A DNA stretch of 63,410 nt, filler included, from Bigelowiella natans CCMP2755 (Eukaryota; Protista; Cercozoa): the NCBI GenBank assembly GCA_000320545.1. It is 6 parts of 6 records of this genome, joined end to end, with 100 filler letters (N's around TTAATTAATTAA, not from the genome) between each part and the next. Parts side by side here need not be neighbours in the genome. Positions count along the whole stretch, not along the records: positions 1 to 31,023 come from ADNK01003461.1; 5 more parts are not named here. One strand, given 5' to 3'. Below the pieces are notes generated by a model. It saw nothing but the letters and a program-made list of their open reading frames with translations. It was not told the origin of the DNA and made no database searches. Below, one piece after another: positions 13,301 to 26,796 of the stretch. Made by a program: the position numbers and the translations under genes. Position 1 is the first letter of the stretch; every line of letters starts with the position of its first letter.

Positions 13301-14165
13301 TAAGGGCCTCGAGTGTCTGGAGGTACTTCTCGACTCCAAAGAGCGGAAGATCAAGCTGTGCGCGGCGGAGTGCCTCAGGGACCTCATGCCGTACCTGCAG
13401 GATCACATGGAGGACACCGAGAAGGCCTTCGACCAGCGCATACTCATGCACCTCCTGAAGCTCATCCTAGACCTGCGCCATCCAGATATAGAGAAGTTCG
13501 CCGTAGATGCGATGCTGACCATGGTTGCGTTCAAGCCGATCCGGCCTCTGCTCATTCGAGAGAAGATCATCCAGGCCACGAAGTACCTCATCCGCAAGCA
13601 GAAGACGCAGCACGACCTCGATGTCAACCAGGCGCTGCTGGGCATTTACTACTGGCTGTCAACCTACTCAGAGGAGCCTGCCGCTGTGATCGCGCAGGAC
13701 TCGTCGATGCTGAAGCTCATCGCGGCACTCGGGGAGTATGGCGAGAGCTTCCAGAAGCACAACGCGCAGATCTTGCAGAAGCTCTGTTCGTACAACAAAC
13801 TGCGTATGGACCTCTACGAGAACGGGGTGATAGACATCCTGCTCACGCTGCGCGACTCCCCAGATCCAGATGCGCGCAAGCTGTCCCTCGACGCCGTCTT
13901 TGACCTCGTCAAGTCGGACAAGGTGATCGCAGCGATACCGGCCGATTCAGACCTGATGCAGATGATGACAGCTCTCTCGCGCTTCGGCTCCGCACAAGTC
14001 AAGGGCGCAGCCACGAAGATCGTCAACAAGCTCTCCAAGTTCCAGGAGATGCGCATCAAGAAAGAGCGCGCCGCCGCGGAGAAAAAGAGGCGGGAAGAGC
14101 AGAAGCAGCAGAACAGGAAGAACGGGAGGGGCAGCCCGCTGGGAAGCCCGAAAGGGAAGAGATAG
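4648..14165 (+). CDS. Very large (~2,800 aa) armadillo-repeat protein, about 7 exons
   Basis: ORFs 5297-5704, 5713-6660, 6972-10106 and 10392-14165 join in frame via GT-AG introns (e.g. 6638-6957, 10103-10354). Small acidic 5' exons start at ATG 4648. Many ARM helix-3 motifs (ALANIAS, LHNLS, VANIC, LANISA, LLNLS, ISNLAS). Strong C/G third-position bias. Confidence 0.85.
9918..10020 (+). repeat. (AAG/GAG)n coding repeat giving a poly-Lys/Glu insert in the ARM protein
   Basis: In-frame [34 protein letters not shown] inside ORF 6972-10106. Confidence 0.9.
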
Positions 14166-14539
14166 CTGTTGCTCTGCCGCTGCTACTTGTAGATATCGTT
14201 GTTGGTTGTCGCCGTCGCCGTCGCTGTTGCCGTCGATCGCAGAATACTATACAATTCATATAGCATACTGACATGTAGATCTGATTAAATTATTGTGAAG
14301 ATGGCTCGTATAGATGTAACTGGTGCGCACATGTACGCACGTACGAACACACACATATACGGCATGATGAGCGGCGCATGTGCATGCGACGCAGCAAACG
14401 CACCGTTGTGCATTGTGTGAGACATGAGCCCAGCGTGCGTGTCGCAGCACAATGCTTGTAAGGATTGAGACTGCAACCAAGGGTTTAATAATGCAATGTT
14501 ATCACAAAATGATCCATATAAAAGCGGTTGGAATGGACG

Positions 14540-14575
<36 letters not shown>

Positions 14576-14944
14576 ATACACATACACTAGCATCGCATGC
14601 GCCACCAGTAAGTCGCGCAGCTTGCATCATACATACTAGGGCAGCCTTCCAACGAACGGCATTTATTTGAAATCGATATTGTTGTGTGACTTAATTTACT
14701 ATGTTGGCTACATATTTCATAGCATTGTGCAATGCCGATATATACGCTTGCAATGAGCATTGACCATCTTTTTCGTCATATCGCTGACCAATATTATTAT
14801 TATACTTACACTCTTGATATATGTGTGTATGTGTGTACGTGTGCGTGCGCGTGTATATATTATTTACATTATAACTTACAGACTAATAAATTCCTGCCGT
14901 TGAAATTGCATCCCCCCCCCTGACCACCCTTATCATTATTGTCA

Positions 14945-15125
14945 TCAGACAGGGCTCTCAAGCAGTCGCTCCTCTTGCATGATCATTCCAGGTTCTATAC
15001 GAGTCACATGTATCTGATGAAAAAAAAATAGCAGCCGTAAATTTTTCCTACCATCCTCTACATGTACGCTGGCGTCGAGCAATAAGCGCGATTGTCATCA
15101 TCATGCTCTCATCACCAAGATGCAT

Positions 15126-15175
<50 letters not shown>

Positions 15176-15378
15176 TTTCCTCACCCCTCCCCCTCCTTCC
15201 CCTTTCCCAACCCCCCTCCCAGGTATTTACTCGATATCATATATCACGCATAGCATGTAAATGAGGGTTATACCGACGAGTCGCAGCAAGTAAAAACAAG
15301 CTCAAATCGCACTCCAGATTCTAAATAAGATAGCAAAAGTTGGGAATAGAAATAGAAGGAAATGTCTCAAATAAAGTG

Positions 15379-15416
<38 letters not shown>

Positions 15417-16801
15417 AACTCCGCTTGAGCTGCGGTTAGAATGGGCTTGCACACCTCTGCAAGCCGATGTAGCGTTGGCGTCCATAATGGCCTGATGATT
15501 GTTGTTGTTGTTATTGTTATTGAAGCGCCATTACTTAGCTGCAGATGTGGTAGGAGAAGAAACGTGCTGTTCGAGGCGAAAGCGAGGATCAGCGGGCGTA
15601 ACAGCAGCGTGTAGACATGTGTGTGTACACCGTATTGAATGCATTAAAATGTTAGAACGCAAGCGCTATCCAGTTACTTGTCGAGCAGCTTCCTCTGCCT
15701 CAGAGTAACACAAGAACCGCACGAGTAAGGTACTCAGCCCAACTGCATGGCAACGGATGAAGGAAGATAGAGAACGAGAGAGCGAGAGAAGGATGGGTTG
15801 GGTGGGGGGGGGGGGAGGGAGGGGATGAGCGAAGCTCCGTAAGAACAAATTTCAGCAACGATCTCTCATATATGCCCGGAATATATAGGCGAATAGTATG
15901 TGAAACGTCTTTATGTGACGCATTGTTACGTCAGCAAGAAAAACGAAAGAGACCCGACTGATAAAATATAGATTTGCTTGTTTTTATGATTTTCTTTATT
16001 CCTATGTGCAAGGAGTGATATCTAAAGGCCATCGGGCTACGAGCTTCTGCATGTTATTAGCGGCGGTTGAAAGTACATGTAAACGGGCAGCAAATCGTGG
16101 AGAAACAGTAGCATGGGGCACAAGGCCATCTGTGAGAAAGAAAGAATGGAGAGCCAACACACCATCAAAACAACATCACGACGACGACGACGATGGCAAC
16201 TGCTGAATATCACTCGCTGCAATAATAGAAGCATGAGCTGGTAGTATGACTATGCAACCCACCTGAAAATTATTGCCGTGTTGATCCGATTTATCAGCAC
16301 CTTGAAGGCGTCTTCTGAGAGCTGATAGCAATGCGAACATTGAATGAATCTTTGCGCGGACCAGAATGAAGAGATACTTAGGGAAGCGCTGATCATATGA
16401 GGTTGGAGGGGGGGGGAGAAGGAAGCTAACACAAACCCAATTTTCCATTTCTGGAGTATAAGTATCATCGTCTGTGATACCGAAGGGACAACTTAGAAAT
16501 GGAATAGATTTCGATTGTTCAAGAGGTAGGTCTTAAGATAGAGAGATGGCAAAACGACAAAAAGCTAATCATGCGCTCTTTAAAAGGGGTCGTCTTTCTC
16601 CATTGCATACAGGTGCTGTAGAGCCCGCCAGGCGCCCAAACGCCCTTCCCTTCAAGGACAATCAAATTCTTTCTCCTGCATAATGTTCGTAAATCGAAAG
16701 GTTAACGAGGAACCAACCCCCCCCCCCCCTCCTCTCCTTCCCCGCATGCTAAACTGATATTTGATTTACCTTGGTGAACCTATCTTCGCATTCGCCGGCA
16801 T
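14945..16801 (-). CDS. ERF4/Golgin-A7-family small cysteine-rich protein (about 9 short exons; missed by the ORF track)
   Basis: Manual GT-AG splicing gives MPANAKIGSPRRKNLIVLEGKGVWAPGGLYSTYDDTYTPEMENWLSEDAFKVLINRINTAIIFRWPCAPCYCFSTICCPFTFGLSTLLVRFLCYSEAEEAARQAIMDANATSACRESGVRFELVFTCCDSSIHVTRIEPGMIMQEERLLESPV*. The F...I.RIN, Cys cluster and GV.F.L pattern fit this family. Confidence 0.7.
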
Positions 16802-18238
16802 TCCTACAATCGCCCAGCCTCGGCGGTGAGCCAGTTGCGGAAGTGGGGGGCGGGCACGTGGTGGCAGGGACCGGAAGAAGTTCCGACGATTTTTGCCTAA
16901 ATAATGCCGTTTTAGCCCTGCGACTTGGGAAAATAACCTAAATCAGGCTGAAAACTGCTCCGCTACGAAAAAAAAGTCTAATGTTCGCTTCGCTGATCAC
17001 GAAAACGCAGTGGATTTTATGTCGTGATGGGGAAATAAGGTTTGTCGCTAGGGTAAAACCCCAACGGATTTTTATCGTAGAAGATTTTTTATCTTGGTCT
17101 TCTTTTCGAGAGTCGGTCGGGTCGGTCGTCATGGATGCCCGTCGCCCCCCTCGGCTCGGGAGAAGGATTGCTCTTGTAGCTCTCGACGCTTGAGATCCGA
17201 TAGGGCGCGCGCTATGAATACTCAGATAGCGTTTTGTGAGAAGACAGGTCTTGAAGTAGTTGTGCTAGCGACCTGCCTCTTCATCTTGCGGAAAAGAGGC
17301 AACGACGACGGCACAGGGACTGCACACATTGTTTTTCCTCTTCGAGAATCTCTGTTTCTATATTCTGTTTCTTACTGAAGGCTTTCGTCGAACGAAACTC
17401 CAAAATCGCAAAACTATCTTCCGCGTCAACACATGTCGAAGTTACATGATGTTGGAAGCTTGCATATATTGCATGTCTGGCAATGTCGCGCGGCAGACTC
17501 ATCATGTCTCTGATGAGCACAAAGACCACGCACGTCCAATTCAACATGAAGACATTCAGGAACAACGTATGACTAATGAAGAAGAAAATAATAGAGAAGC
17601 AGCCTCAAGTGGCTGCGCATCAAACGAAACCGCGGCAACTAGCAATGCTGCAAAGTTGCGGCTGTGCACTGAAACGTGCATCGCATTTGCATGTGAACAC
17701 ATTGCATGCAAGCATGATGACAATTATTTGATCTTTTAAGCTTATGCACGTCTCATAGACTGTATTTGATCAATCTGTATCGCTGCTGGCGGTCGCTGTA
17801 CCTGCACAATTAAGGACGTATAATAGCTGGTACATGTCCTTCACAGTTCGTGCATCTCGCAAACTACGATTGGCAATAATATATTGTTCACATGTGACGC
17901 TCATCAATACGATGTTTCTACACATACTCATCTACTTTAGCTACATACTATGCAGCCTGCGTACGGCGCATTCTTCGTCGACAGCGATGCGTGCGTAGGT
18001 CTGTCACATGAGACGTTGCTATAATTAACATATCTATCCATATCGGTGGCGATATTTAATTTCAATATCAATTTGTTACATCCAACGTTTTCTTCTTACC
18101 ATACATGTCAACATGTATCGTAATAAAGACTACAGTATACACTGTACACACAATTAACAGATCGAAACGCATGTGCCCTTATTTTTCATTTATTTCTCGA
18201 TTTCCGAGTGCTGTTTGTGCATATATTCCTACTCATGT

Positions 18239-18565
18239 TAACGATATCTTCGGCTCCCAGCCTCGTGGGCTCCTGCTGGCTTTCTCGGAAACCAAACATC
18301 GCGTACATAAAGTGAAACCATGCCGACTAATCCTGTCCCAAAGCCCTACATTTATTCAAATATACGGTTCGTCACTGGCGTATCAAAAAGAGAAACAAGA
18401 CGATTCTTTCTACCTGGAGGAAGAACAAGAACAAGTCGCTCGTCACTATGGTGCGTACCACAGGTGCATTTGAGAGGACCCGACTTACACTTCCCTGCGC
18501 GTAGTCGATAAGTGGCTGAAGCGGGTTGGATGATGCGTCTTCATCTTTCTCTTCTGCCATGTCCT
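18239..18565 (-). CDS. Possible 3' exons of a small hypothetical protein
   Basis: Three GT-AG-bounded segments join in frame: TWQKRKMKTHHPTRFSHLSTTRREVDERLVLVLPPGLVGMVSLYVRDVWFPRKPAGAHEAGSRRYR*. No recognisable domain and the start is unresolved. Confidence 0.25.
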
Positions 18566-19404
18566 GAAGAAAGAAATGCAATCAGAAAAGGAGGCAAAAT
18601 TCGATCTTTTCGCCACGAATTTAGAGGCTGAGCATCACATCAACATTTTGGGAGACGAAAATGACTGATACACTGTCGCGAAGTTTTGGATATGCGTAGT
18701 TCCACGCGATGTTTCTCGTACCAATTGCAGCAGCGCTCACTCCTTTGGAGAACGCAGAAAATTTTCCCTACAAGCAATCCCTGATACTTTCCAAGGTCTA
18801 TTCCAAGATACCCTAACCGATCCCAGCTGGAAAAACAAGATGCGGAATTTCAGAAGGGGGGGCGTCGTTCTCGCCGAAGGCTGATTTGGTTCTGCCCGGT
18901 TCTGGTTCAATTTTGCCAATCCGTTCCTGGTCCTAGTAGAATATATCTACGATATTATATCGATAAAAAAGAAACAGAATATTTTGAAGAAATTCCACGC
19001 GCAACATCTTTGGAGGAAACCTGACAGAATTCTGGATGTTTCCCCGATACTACTGATAAGATTTCGCCCAAAAATGTCCTCGCAGTCTGCGGAGACCGTT
19101 GGTCTTCGCGTGCATCCCTTATTCAGCAACAGGTTGGTAGTTCTCAGCTTGATTTTTTTCCTAAAACAGCGAGTTTTATAGCTGCGACGTGACTCGGATA
19201 GTGTCGCCGTATTTCCGGCCGTCCACATCCTTTTCGTTCTAACCCCAAACTGAAAGGCTTTTTGCCAAAAAGTGCCGGGGTATTTGTTATTACGACTTGT
19301 GATATAAGGAAATTAATGTATAAATTAAGGCAATTTTTGCTAAAACGGGATTACTTTGAGGAAGACATATTCTGGAAGTACTCGGGATCGATGCTAGTGT
19401 AAGA

Positions 19405-20121
19405 ATGGCGGAGGCTAACAGCGCAGCCGGTGGCAGCTCGCCCAAATCCATCCTGTACGACGGCCCCTCTGGAACGGAAGAAGGGGATGAAATCGATGTC
19501 ACTGTAAGGACCTGCATTGTCTAAATAAATGAGATCCGAGCCCATCCTTGACGTGTGTTCCCTGCTCGCACATTGGCTTCGAAATCCGCGATTTGCCTAT
19601 TCAGAGTGGCGAGTGATGCATTGACAACGACAACCATGTGTTAGGTCGCAGTAGACGCAAAGCTAGTCGGTCGGATCATCGGCAAGGGGGGTTCGCACAT
19701 CCAAAGATACAAGCAGCAGAGGTAGACCAACCGACAACATGCGAAATTAATATGCATTCAGCTCATTCTGCCTCAGCCTCAGTTCCGCGAGCGTCGGCAG
19801 ATAATAATCGTTGAGGGATATTTCCATTCTAAACGACTTGGTTCATCCACTGCCCCCCCCCCCCCCACCCCCCTTAAAATGGTTACCGGGGGAAACATTC
19901 AGGTTTGCCCACACTACCGCGGCGTGTAAATATGAAATTCCCCGCTCACCAGCCCTCTACATAAGGTTCACGTGTGGCCACTGGTCACTGGAAGAGGGCT
20001 TCTATGAAATTTCCCGGAAAGAGAGACGTAAATTATGCATTATTACCCCCTGCGCTGCCTGTTTTTCGCCTCTTCTGGCTTTCACGTTTGTGTATGTGTG
20101 GGCTTGTCTGAGCCCTAGAGA

Positions 20122-20167
<46 letters not shown>

Positions 20168-20696
20168 AACCTGGAGAGACTCGCCAACCACCGAAATCCG
20201 AACGCACGGAAATTGTTTCAAATGTGCTGTTGTTGTTTATTGTTGTTTATTGTTGTTATTGTTGCTTTCTCCTCCATGCTACATCATCAGCGGTCGGGAC
20301 GGAAATGAAGCTTCACATGCTGTGCCCGTCGCTATCAATCGGGTGCGGCGAAGAAACGATAAAACGATAAAACGATGATGAGATGATCTCTGATGCCTGC
20401 ACACATGGACAACACTTGCTTGATGGAAAAGCTCATATGATTTATGATGATATCCCGCTATGTTTCAATTATTACGCTGTGGAGTGCTGAGTGAAAGATT
20501 TGGAACCGTGCATGATTGGGTTATACCGTGCTCTCAAACCATCGCCCCTCCCCCTTCCCCTGCGCGTGGAATGTAGGTATTTGATCGGCAAGCAGGGCCG
20601 TTACGTCAGAGCGATGAGAGAAGGTGTATTCGTAGCATTTGGCATTTTGACGGGGACGGGGAGGGGGGTCACTTCCTCTCTATTTCTCTCTCTATT

Positions 20697-20738
<42 letters not shown>

Positions 20739-20937
20739 CATTGAGGCGCGTTAATATCGTCTCCTCTGAATCTCCGCAACGCTTCCTTTCAGAATCCAAA
20801 GCCACGATTACTATCACGGAGTTTAAGGTAGTGCACGGTATCTGCTCCCGTCTCTCTTCATCCCACCCCACCCTCTCTCCTTCCTTGTGGAAAAGAACAC
20901 TCATTTGTTTGTGTATGATGCACACATAACACACACA

Positions 20938-20987
<50 letters not shown>

Positions 20988-21859
20988 ATACAAAATGTGC
21001 GTTTTTTTAAAAATGATTTATCAACGAAATTCTAAAATGCTCAGAGCGACCCTGCAATACAGCGGCGCATGAGCGTGCTTCTATCGGGCACTGAGAGGTC
21101 TGAGCAAGCCAAATGCTACTTGTTTACTGAATCTAATGCAAAACCTGAACATTCTCTTCCCCCTCACCCCCGTCGCCCCCCCCCCCCCCTTTACGCACCC
21201 TCGGAAAAGCGATTCTTCTCGTGTGCAAGCAACTGTCATCAGCCAAATTGAGTTAGGACGCCATTCTTATCCCCCCTCCACAGCAGTACACCTTCCACTT
21301 CTTCTTCTTCTTCTTCCACGCAGAAGCAGCCGCGTACACGCATTTGATGTACAAAGCATTTTTTCTCCTTCTCGTCATCATCATCATCATCATTTTCGTC
21401 GTCAATATTACAGATCTAGGAATCAATCTCCGCAAGACCGCCACGTCGTTCAACCCAGCAGCAGCTAAGGGCGTGAGAGTGAGCCTTCCTCCCACCTCTT
21501 CCGCCCCCCTCCACATCGGAGGAAGGGGGGGGGGGGCACGCCCAATTCCTCGCACGACGAAAGAGCAAGCCCTTTCTCTCCAACACTGGTACAAGCTCGA
21601 GAAATGTGGAGATTTGCTAGAGGAGAAGGGGGGGGGGGGGAGGGGGGATACTTCATTTTGCTTTCTCCTCTCTATTGTTATCATCATCATGATCATCATT
21701 ATCATCCTCATTATCATCATCATCATCAACATCGTCTTCTGGTCTTCTGTTGTGCGATTGTAATATAGATGATGCCTGTTCCGACAACATTAGATCAGGC
21801 CATGGTAAGTAATGGGAGAAGAGGCTGTATCCAACACCTCCCAATAGTATATATTACAA

Positions 21860-21899
<40 letters not shown>

Positions 21900-22815
21900 T
21901 TATTATACATTAATATTATATTATATGCCATAAAAATAACAATATTTTTATGTATGCCGACTATGTGTCTGAATTGTTCTGAATTCTCAATTTTACTGCT
22001 CCAATTGAGACTTGTGATGTAGCTGGTGTATTGGCTTTGAGTCTTCTCTTCGCTTTCATAGTAGTTCTGCCCTCATCGATCATCGTCGTCATCTTCCCCC
22101 CCCCCCCCCTTACTCTTTCCAGATGCAGGCGGTTGCTGCGGGGATTGATACTGGAATATCTTTTCAAGTGAAGGGAGTTACTGACTGGAGATGCGTGTGA
22201 TAATATTTATAATATAATATAAGATGAATACAATATTAATATTTTAAAGAAGTAATATCACAATATAATATAATAGATCGCCTTTGTGCCAACATGACAT
22301 TAACAAAAAAAACATGTACGTTAATACAACAGGCGTGTATCTGCCTTGCATTAGTATTCGTAGACGTTTGTCATTTGTGTTTGTGTGTTTGTGTGAGAAG
22401 GTTATGCTTGACGTGAAGGATGCAGGGAAGATATTCGGTCAAGGTAATTGATAGCAGCGGCAGCAGCAGCGCGAAATAAAAGAGAAAGAAGAAGAGGAAG
22501 AAGAAGATGATGATGATGATACATGATGATAAAGAGTAATCAGTAAATAGGAAGGAGATACCGGGGTGGGGGGGGGGGGGGGGGGGGGGGAGAGGTGGAA
22601 ATATACGCTTGAATTATAAACAATACTCATTTTCCATACCCTTTTAATTGACGTATATGTATTTGATAGAAGGCAAAATCAAAATCAGATTTATGTTCTA
22701 ATTGATATACTTTGATAATATCATCAACCGACATCAACACACACCCAATGCGCAATGGAAATGTGCTCAGGTGGATCGGTGCTGAGGAGGGTCCAGCACG
22801 TGAGCGGTAGCCTTA

Positions 22816-22867
<52 letters not shown>

Positions 22868-23784
22868 AAGATGCAGAAGAAGTAGATATAGGAAGAGGAG
22901 GAGGAGGAACGGTAAAAATGGTGGTAATACTATTTCGAGAAATCGTGTTGATTTCAATATGAATAAGTAAATAACTACACATATTTACCATAAATTTTAT
23001 TACATATATTTATATTATATTATATTATATTATATTATATGTTTTCTTCATAATTGGAAATGATATATCGTGTTATCATTTTCAGGATGTACAAGGATAC
23101 ATTTCTCGCCCTCGAAGCCTGGAAGTGACCATAGAACAGCGCTCTTGCAGGGATCGGCCCCATGTAAGCGTGAAGATGATGACAATGATGATGATGATGA
23201 TGATGATGATGGTGGTGATGATGATGGCTTGATTGCTGCCGCAATCCGTGGTTTGGTGTTAGAAATGGCGCTGCTTCTTCGTCGTCATCATGTATAGAAA
23301 TGACCGTAACTTCTGTTTTTTGGTTCTTGCCCCTTGTTTCGAAAAATCAGCGATTGTAATCGGGTTGTCAATGTTCTCCCTGCTGCTGTGCGGGGAGGTC
23401 ATGAAGACGGTTTCCTCAATCAGTCTGCTAATCAACAAGAGTAGGATATTTCGTTAGACACACACAAACACACACACGCGCGCGCGCACACACACGCACA
23501 AATATAAATCATATATAAATACAATATATTCGCAATAGCGAATTTCCAGCAGATTCTATCGATAGGAAATGAGAGAGACGATGAGAAGTGAGAGAGAGAG
23601 AGAGCTTTGGGTTTAGAAGCACCTTCCATTTCGCTCGAGAATCATTGCGCGTGTCGCGGGAAACTAGGGAGAGAAATACATCACACACATAAAATCTATA
23701 AGTATTACACCATTAAAAACTTTGTTTGAATTTGAGTGATGATTGTTTGTTTTCTATCATCGTGCTCGCTCGTGGCTGATATGG

Positions 23785-23837
<53 letters not shown>

Positions 23838-23942
23838 CTCAGAGCATGTGGGACAAATCATCGGTAAGGCCGGTGCACGCATCAATCAAATACGCAAGGA
23901 GTCTGGGGCAGAAATCTTGATCTCTACTGATAGGTGACACAA

Positions 23943-23994
<52 letters not shown>

Positions 23995-24063
23995 TCCTTG
24001 CGCACACTTTAACAATTCATTTGTAATTGAATAGCTCAATTGAATTGATTCTGACGACTTGAT

Positions 24064-24100
<37 letters not shown>

Positions 24101-24144
24101 GTCGGTGCGAAATGTAGGTTTTTAGATGAAGATGGCCTTTCGGA

Positions 24145-24190
<46 letters not shown>

Positions 24191-24461
24191 ATCTGTTAGT
24201 CTTCCATCGTGTTTGTGATGTGGAAGTGTATAAATCGATTTGTCTTATGCACAATCTGAGACTTCTAGATTTGTTTTCGTTTGTGCCCATCCTCACTCCG
24301 GCTCTCCTCCCCCTCCCCCCCCCCCCTCTCCCTCTTTCCTACCGTTTGTTATCTTTGGTGAAAAAGACAATAAGATAACAGTAAGAGGCCCTCCCATGGC
24401 TGTGTCAAAGGTAAATGATATGATTCGGTTTCTCTGGCTGATACAGCGAGAGTTTCAACAA

Positions 24462-24500
<39 letters not shown>

Positions 24501-24534
24501 TTAGAAATATATATGCATGATATGCACGCGCGCG

Positions 24535-24565
<31 letters not shown>

Positions 24566-24766
24566 AAATACCAATTTTGTAGGGAATTAGCCGCGTAATA
24601 TACCATCTCCAACAAGCCGTTGAAGACGCTGTACGATATGGAAGGGCTCAGGAAAGCTACGAGCCTCCGCACCCTAGCAACCACCAGCGTGAATATCAAT
24701 CTTCCCGGACGGGAGGGGGAGGGGGAGGCTATAAACGAGACAGGTGACAAGATAGTACAGTATAAT

Positions 24767-24803
<37 letters not shown>

Positions 24804-24842
24804 GAGAGAGACAGAGACAGAGAGAGAGAGACAGAGACAGAG

Positions 24843-24889
<47 letters not shown>

Positions 24890-24921
24890 CAGAGAGAGTA
24901 CACGGTGCTGTTGTGGTAATA

Positions 24922-24955
<34 letters not shown>

Positions 24956-25489
24956 GTAATAATGTCGACAATTATACTTACATAGATCTCCGAGCAGAAG
25001 AGGGGAGAGGGGCTACTACACAGATGACATAAACAGGAGCGCAGCTGGTAGTAGCATAGTTGTTGTCGCAATAGGAAGAGTAGCAAACGTGCGTTTGGAA
25101 TCAACGAGCATTATTTAACAGCAGCACAAGAGAATCGGTCATCGAATCATGATCGACTCACCATCTCCATGCCTACTTCATATCCATCATCATCATCATC
25201 ATAACCCCCCCCCCCCCCCCCTCCACCATCGTCTTCTCTAGTTCTCTCCTAACATCTTTCAAATGGAGTATAGGTCTCACCCACATTTTGTGCGTCTTTC
25301 ACTGACTGTGCTTGTCGCGGGACGAAACTCCATTCGTTTCTCGACATTACTGCTATTTTCCTATTAGGGAGAGGAGTCACTACTTCTTACCACCAACAAG
25401 GGGAGGAGAGAGGGGGAGGGGGGTACAAGGATGACTACAACCCCCAGAATAAAAGAAGAAGAAGAAGACAGCGCAGCGCGTCGCGATGA
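19405..25489 (+). CDS. Multi-exon KH-domain RNA-binding protein (four GxxG loops) with R/G/S-rich tail
   Basis: ATG 19405. Exons encode LVGRIIGKGGSHIQRYKQ (19645), YLIGKQGRYVRAMRE (~20578), AGKIFGQG/GSVLRRVQ (22401, 22771) and HVGQIIGKAGARINQIRKESGAEI (~23843). The tail ends NKRRRRRQRSASR* at TGA 25487-25489. Internal exon chain is not fully resolved. Confidence 0.85.
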
Positions 25490-26796
25490 CTGCATGGACG
25501 ATGGCTCGAAGCGTAGTGATCTAATGATTTGTTGGAAATCCATTGACATGCAAACTTAGCACTAGCATGGTGTTGTGGCGAAGGTGGTTAGGTAGGTAGA
25601 GGTGCAGTGCAAGCTTGGGTGCAACACGCGGTTGGAAGTGACAGCACTTCATTACTGTAGGTTCAACGTTTACATGGTATACATTACACATAGCGTGTCT
25701 TGCTAGCTTGTTGTTGTCATCACATCTAGACGTCGGCATGCATGTCTAGCTAGCTAAATCTGAAAGTGAATGTCATGCATGATGCGTGCGAAAGCAGTGA
25801 ATTCTGAGCTCAGCTAGTAATGCTAGAATGTCAGCTGCAATGACAACAGCGCACGGCATCGTGTTGACCCACATCACCAATCTAGCACTTGCTAGCTGTG
25901 TTGACGAAATCGCTTGATCGCTTGCATTGTGTGAGATGCAGCGCGCTCAAATGCTCACACAGCACGCGTTGCAAAATCGCATCTGTAGCTATAAATCTCT
26001 AAATTTGTAGGTGCTCGATGTGCAAATACGTGCATTGTTCTTGCATGATTGCAGCACGGCGCTAGCTAGCTAGGGCGGTGCGATCACACAGCGCGCGCAT
26101 GTAGCATGTGGCTTGTGTGCCAGACAATGCTGTCTAGCCATGAAGCTCACGATGTGTAGGGACATACATGTCCACATCTAGACATGCGTGTACGCGTGAG
26201 AAACACATGTACCCATGCACACCACATGTGCTGAAAAGCACACATGCTCTGTTCATGTGTGCACATGTGAGCGCCATCATCTGGCACATGTGTAGCTTTA
26301 GGCACATCTGAAGTACGTGATGTACACATGTCGTAGACGGCTTGCACGCACAGGGACATGTGTGTCCATGCAGACAACGATGAGAGCCTTTGAAGCCTGT
26401 ACGATCTACCAGTCTAGATGATCACTGCTGTTGTGAGAAATCATCGCCACGAGCTTGATGTGCTCTAGTGCTAGCTAGCTAGGCGTGCTAGCGTGTGCGT
26501 GTCGATCGTGTGTGCGTTTGCTCTCATTTTGTCATTCGTCCACCACTAGACCACATGCTATAGCATGCTAGCATGGCTAGATGGCTAGCTAGCTAGATGG
26601 CACGCTAGCACGCCTGCTAGCTAGCTAGCCTGCACGTACGCATGTGAAATTTGCCGCCTTCTTTCATCGAGCGATGTCACCAAACTGGCACCTCGCTAGC
26701 TCGCGAAAATCAAAATCGAATCCTTCGTTTTCATCTGTACATCCATCTAGATCAACATGCGTGAGTAGGCCTGGGGTTGTTCCATGTGTCAACAGA

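Noticed and set aside
7134-14059. Many long antisense and alternate-frame ORFs over the ARM gene
   Set aside because: Expected shadow ORFs of a gene with high third-position GC; no independent motifs.
17131-17739. Possible plus-strand gene between the ERF4-like gene and the 17.7-18.2 kb spacer
   Set aside because: No consistent exon chain or domain. The ORF overlaps a TA-poor patch that would inflate its length.
19811-25104. ORFs with YIYIYI, SLSLSL, THTHTH or CVCVCV runs
   Set aside because: Translations of intronic microsatellites.
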